DNA of 64,000 nt. Source: Deltaproteobacteria bacterium (GTDB lineage: Bacteria; Myxococcota; Kuafuiibacteriia; Kuafuiibacteriales; Kuafuiibacteriaceae). The stretch is from contig JAVJQW010000062.1 in assembly GCA_040218735.1 (NCBI GenBank), forward strand, positions 32,001-96,000. The letters are read 5' to 3'. The position numbers and the translations under genes were made by a program. How positions within the stretch are numbered: position 1 is the first letter of the stretch; every line of letters starts with the position of its first letter. The notes beneath the pieces were generated by a model. It made no database searches and had not been told where the DNA came from. It saw nothing but the letters and a program-made list of their open reading frames with translations. This document shows, piece by piece, positions 62,113 through 64,000 of the stretch.

Positions 62113-62291
62113 GTCGTGCTCCCCCTTCGGGGCAGGGTCGCCGGGTTCCGAGCGTCGGACCAGGGGGCGATGGGTGCAGGCCTCAAACCACGAAGATCAC
62201 TCGGGGTGCGGGTCGCATCGACGCCCTAAAGGTGCGTCGGCGCCCAACAAACTTCACCTGCGCGCCGTTCAACCTTAACCTCGGGGCAATT

Positions 62292-64000
62292 TTGGCAACG
62301 AAGAGCGAGCTGAAGATCGCCGAACAGATCTTGGATCGGTTCTACCGGGACGCGGAGGGCAAGACCAACCGACAGGTCGACGTCTACTACGCGCTCGAAG
62401 ACATGGGGATCCCGCGCGACAAAGCCGACCCGGCGATCACGTACCTCGTCAGTCGCGGGCTCGTGAACACGTTCGGACCGGACATCGCGTTCCTCACGGA
62501 TCGTGGCGTGCAGGTGATGATCGAAGAGATCGACATCTCCACGCTCGACAAGGTGCTGAAAGACTTCATCCAAAAACCCGTCGACGATGCGCCCGCCCCG
62601 CCTCCGCCCGCCGCCGCAGGCAAGCCCGCGAAGGCCGCCACCGCGCGCCCGAAGGTCGCGAGCCTCACACACATCGATCTCGAAGGTCAGGAGTACACCC
62701 TCGCGCTCGGTTGGGTGTGCACGATCGGACGCGCCGACGCGAACCACGTGCGTGTCAACGACCAGCGCGCGTCCAAGAAACACGCGGAGATTCGCTACGA
62801 AGACGGCGGCTTCGTGCTGCACGATCTCGAGTCCGCGAACGGCACCCTGCTCAACGGCCAGTACGTCGTCGAGCCGGAGCCGCTCAAACACGACGACGAG
62901 ATCGTCATCGGCCGCACCATGCTGCTGTTCACGGCGCCGCATCAGGTCGCGGCGCCCTCCGAGCCGCCCCCGGGCACCGAGGAGCCCGCCGCGGAGCCCG
63001 CGACGATCGTGCCGATGGCGCCGACCGAGCGCCCCGCCGAGGTCGACCCGCCGTCGATCCGCGTCGTGAAGGGGACCCCAGCGCCGGCGCCCGTCGCGCC
63101 GAGCGTGAAGTCCGATCTGTTCGCCGAACCTGCGCGCGAAGCGTCGGGCGCCGACCTCTTCGGCGGCGCCGAGCCGGCGCCCAGCGCCGACGGCGATCTG
63201 TTCGCGGGCAAGTCACGTCCGGCGCCGCGACCGCCGTCCGACGATCTGTTCGGCGGCGACGCCCCCGCCCCGCGCGACGACGGTGATCTGTTCGGGGAGG
63301 CGTCGAAGCCCAGCGCATCGAGCGACGACCTCTTCGGAGAGCCCTCGCAGCCCGGCGCGTCCAGCGAGGACCTGTTCGGCGAGACGTCGCGGCCCGGCGC
63401 CGGTGGTGACGATCTGTTCGGGGAGAAGTCCCGCCCCGGCGCGACGACGCCCCCGCCGAAGACCGACCTGTTCGGCGACGAGCCCCCGACGGAGGCGGGC
63501 TCCAGCTCCGATCTGTTCGATCGCAACCCCACGCAGACCGGGCGCCTCGAGCCGCCGACCGTGACCCCGGAGGTCCAGTCCGTGCCGGTCGTCCCGCTCG
63601 CAGACATGGCCGACATCCCGTCGGCCCCGCCGGGGGCTCTCGAGGAGATCGAGGCGATGGAGGACGACGTCCCCGTCGCGCCGGAGTCGACGGCGGACTG
63701 GGACGAGGACACCCCGCCCTCCGCGGGTCCGACGCCACAGCAGCTGCTGGAGAACCAGCCCGTCCGCGCCGCGCGGAAGGACGACGCCGCCGCGACCGTC
63801 ATGATGACGCGTGAGGCGATCTTCGGGGAGGGAGACCGCGCCGAGGAGGAGCCCCCGCACTGGGGGGACGATCGGCCGCCGATGGGGAGTCACCCGGCGT
63901 TCGGCGACGCCGCCGAGGCGCTCCCGGTGGCGACCGCCTCCCTCGCGAACCTCGGTGCGCCCGGCCCGACCGAAGACGTCTCGGACGACGACGCGGGCGA
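62292..64000 (+). CDS. FHA-domain protein with N-terminal helical (possibly wHTH) domain and acidic DLF repeats (3' partial; absent from ORF track)
   Basis: Open from TTG 62292 to the window end. TIGRADAN...ASKKHA...DLESANGTLLNG is a canonical FHA domain at about 62690-62930. Confidence 0.85.
   Translation, partial: MATKSELKIAEQILDRFYRDAEGKTNRQVDVYYALEDMGIPRDKADPAITYLVSRGLVNTFGPDIAFLTDRGVQVMIEEIDISTLDKVLKDFIQKPVDDAPAPPPPAAAGKPAKAATARPKVASLTHIDLEGQEYTLALGWVCTIGRADANHVRVNDQRASKKHAEIRYEDGGFVLHDLESANGTLLNGQYVVEPEPLKHDDEIVIGRTMLLFTAPHQVAAPSEPPPGTEEPAAEPATIVPMAPTERPAEVDPPSIRVVKGTPAPAPVAPSVKSDLFAEPAREASGADLFGGAEPAPSADGDLFAGKSRPAPRPPSDDLFGGDAPAPRDDGDLFGEASKPSASSDDLFGEPSQPGASSEDLFGETSRPGAGGDDLFGEKSRPGATTPPPKTDLFGDEPPTEAGSSSDLFDRNPTQTGRLEPPTVTPEVQSVPVVPLADMADIPSAPPGALEEIEAMEDDVPVAPESTADWDEDTPPSAGPTPQQLLENQPVRAARKDDAAATVMMTREAIFGEGDRAEEEPPHWGDDRPPMGSHPAFGDAAEALPVATASLANLGAPGPTEDVSDDDAG
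63114..63520 (+). repeat. Ten DLF(G/A/D) peptide repeats
   Basis: SDLFA, ADLFG, GDLFA, DDLFG, GDLFG, DDLFG, EDLFG, DDLFG, TDLFG, SDLFD, spaced about 11-16 aa apart. Confidence 0.85.

Noticed and set aside
63114-63520. gatctgttc repeats as DNA-level iterons or a CRISPR array
   Set aside because: Synonymous variation and a constant reading frame show the constraint is on the peptide.

Overview
High-GC bacterial chromosomal segment, most likely Myxococcota (inferred from Ser/Thr kinases, Cys-rich CDDGN-type surface lipoproteins, an FHA protein and lysS-lolC/E-lolD synteny). It is densely coding, with no CRISPR array, rRNA, transposase or integrase. Housekeeping genes: lysS, lolD, lolC/E, ettA, recR-ybaB-dnaX-ffs, tRNA-Ser(GGA), tadA, a 2-oxoacid dehydrogenase E1a/E1b/E2 set and an RND efflux trio. 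Accessory genes are mainly secreted or lipoprotein. Best second-look candidates: (1) a secreted astacin protease with three tandem phage-receptor-head-like modules plus ricin, crystallin and AbfB-like domains; (2) a lipoprotein dikinase-like enzyme with the phospho-His domain placed before the ATP-grasp domain; (3) a Wnt-motif (DUF6973-like) gene between tRNA-Ser and tadA, preceded by an unannotated 43-codon orphan copy of its own C-terminus in frame behind the tadA stop; (4) an FHA protein missing from the ORF track with ten DLF repeats; (5) a repeat-expanded DnaX; (6) a DsbD-TlpA fusion; (7) a frameshifted DUF3604 gene. All family calls are from motif recognition by eye; no searches were run.
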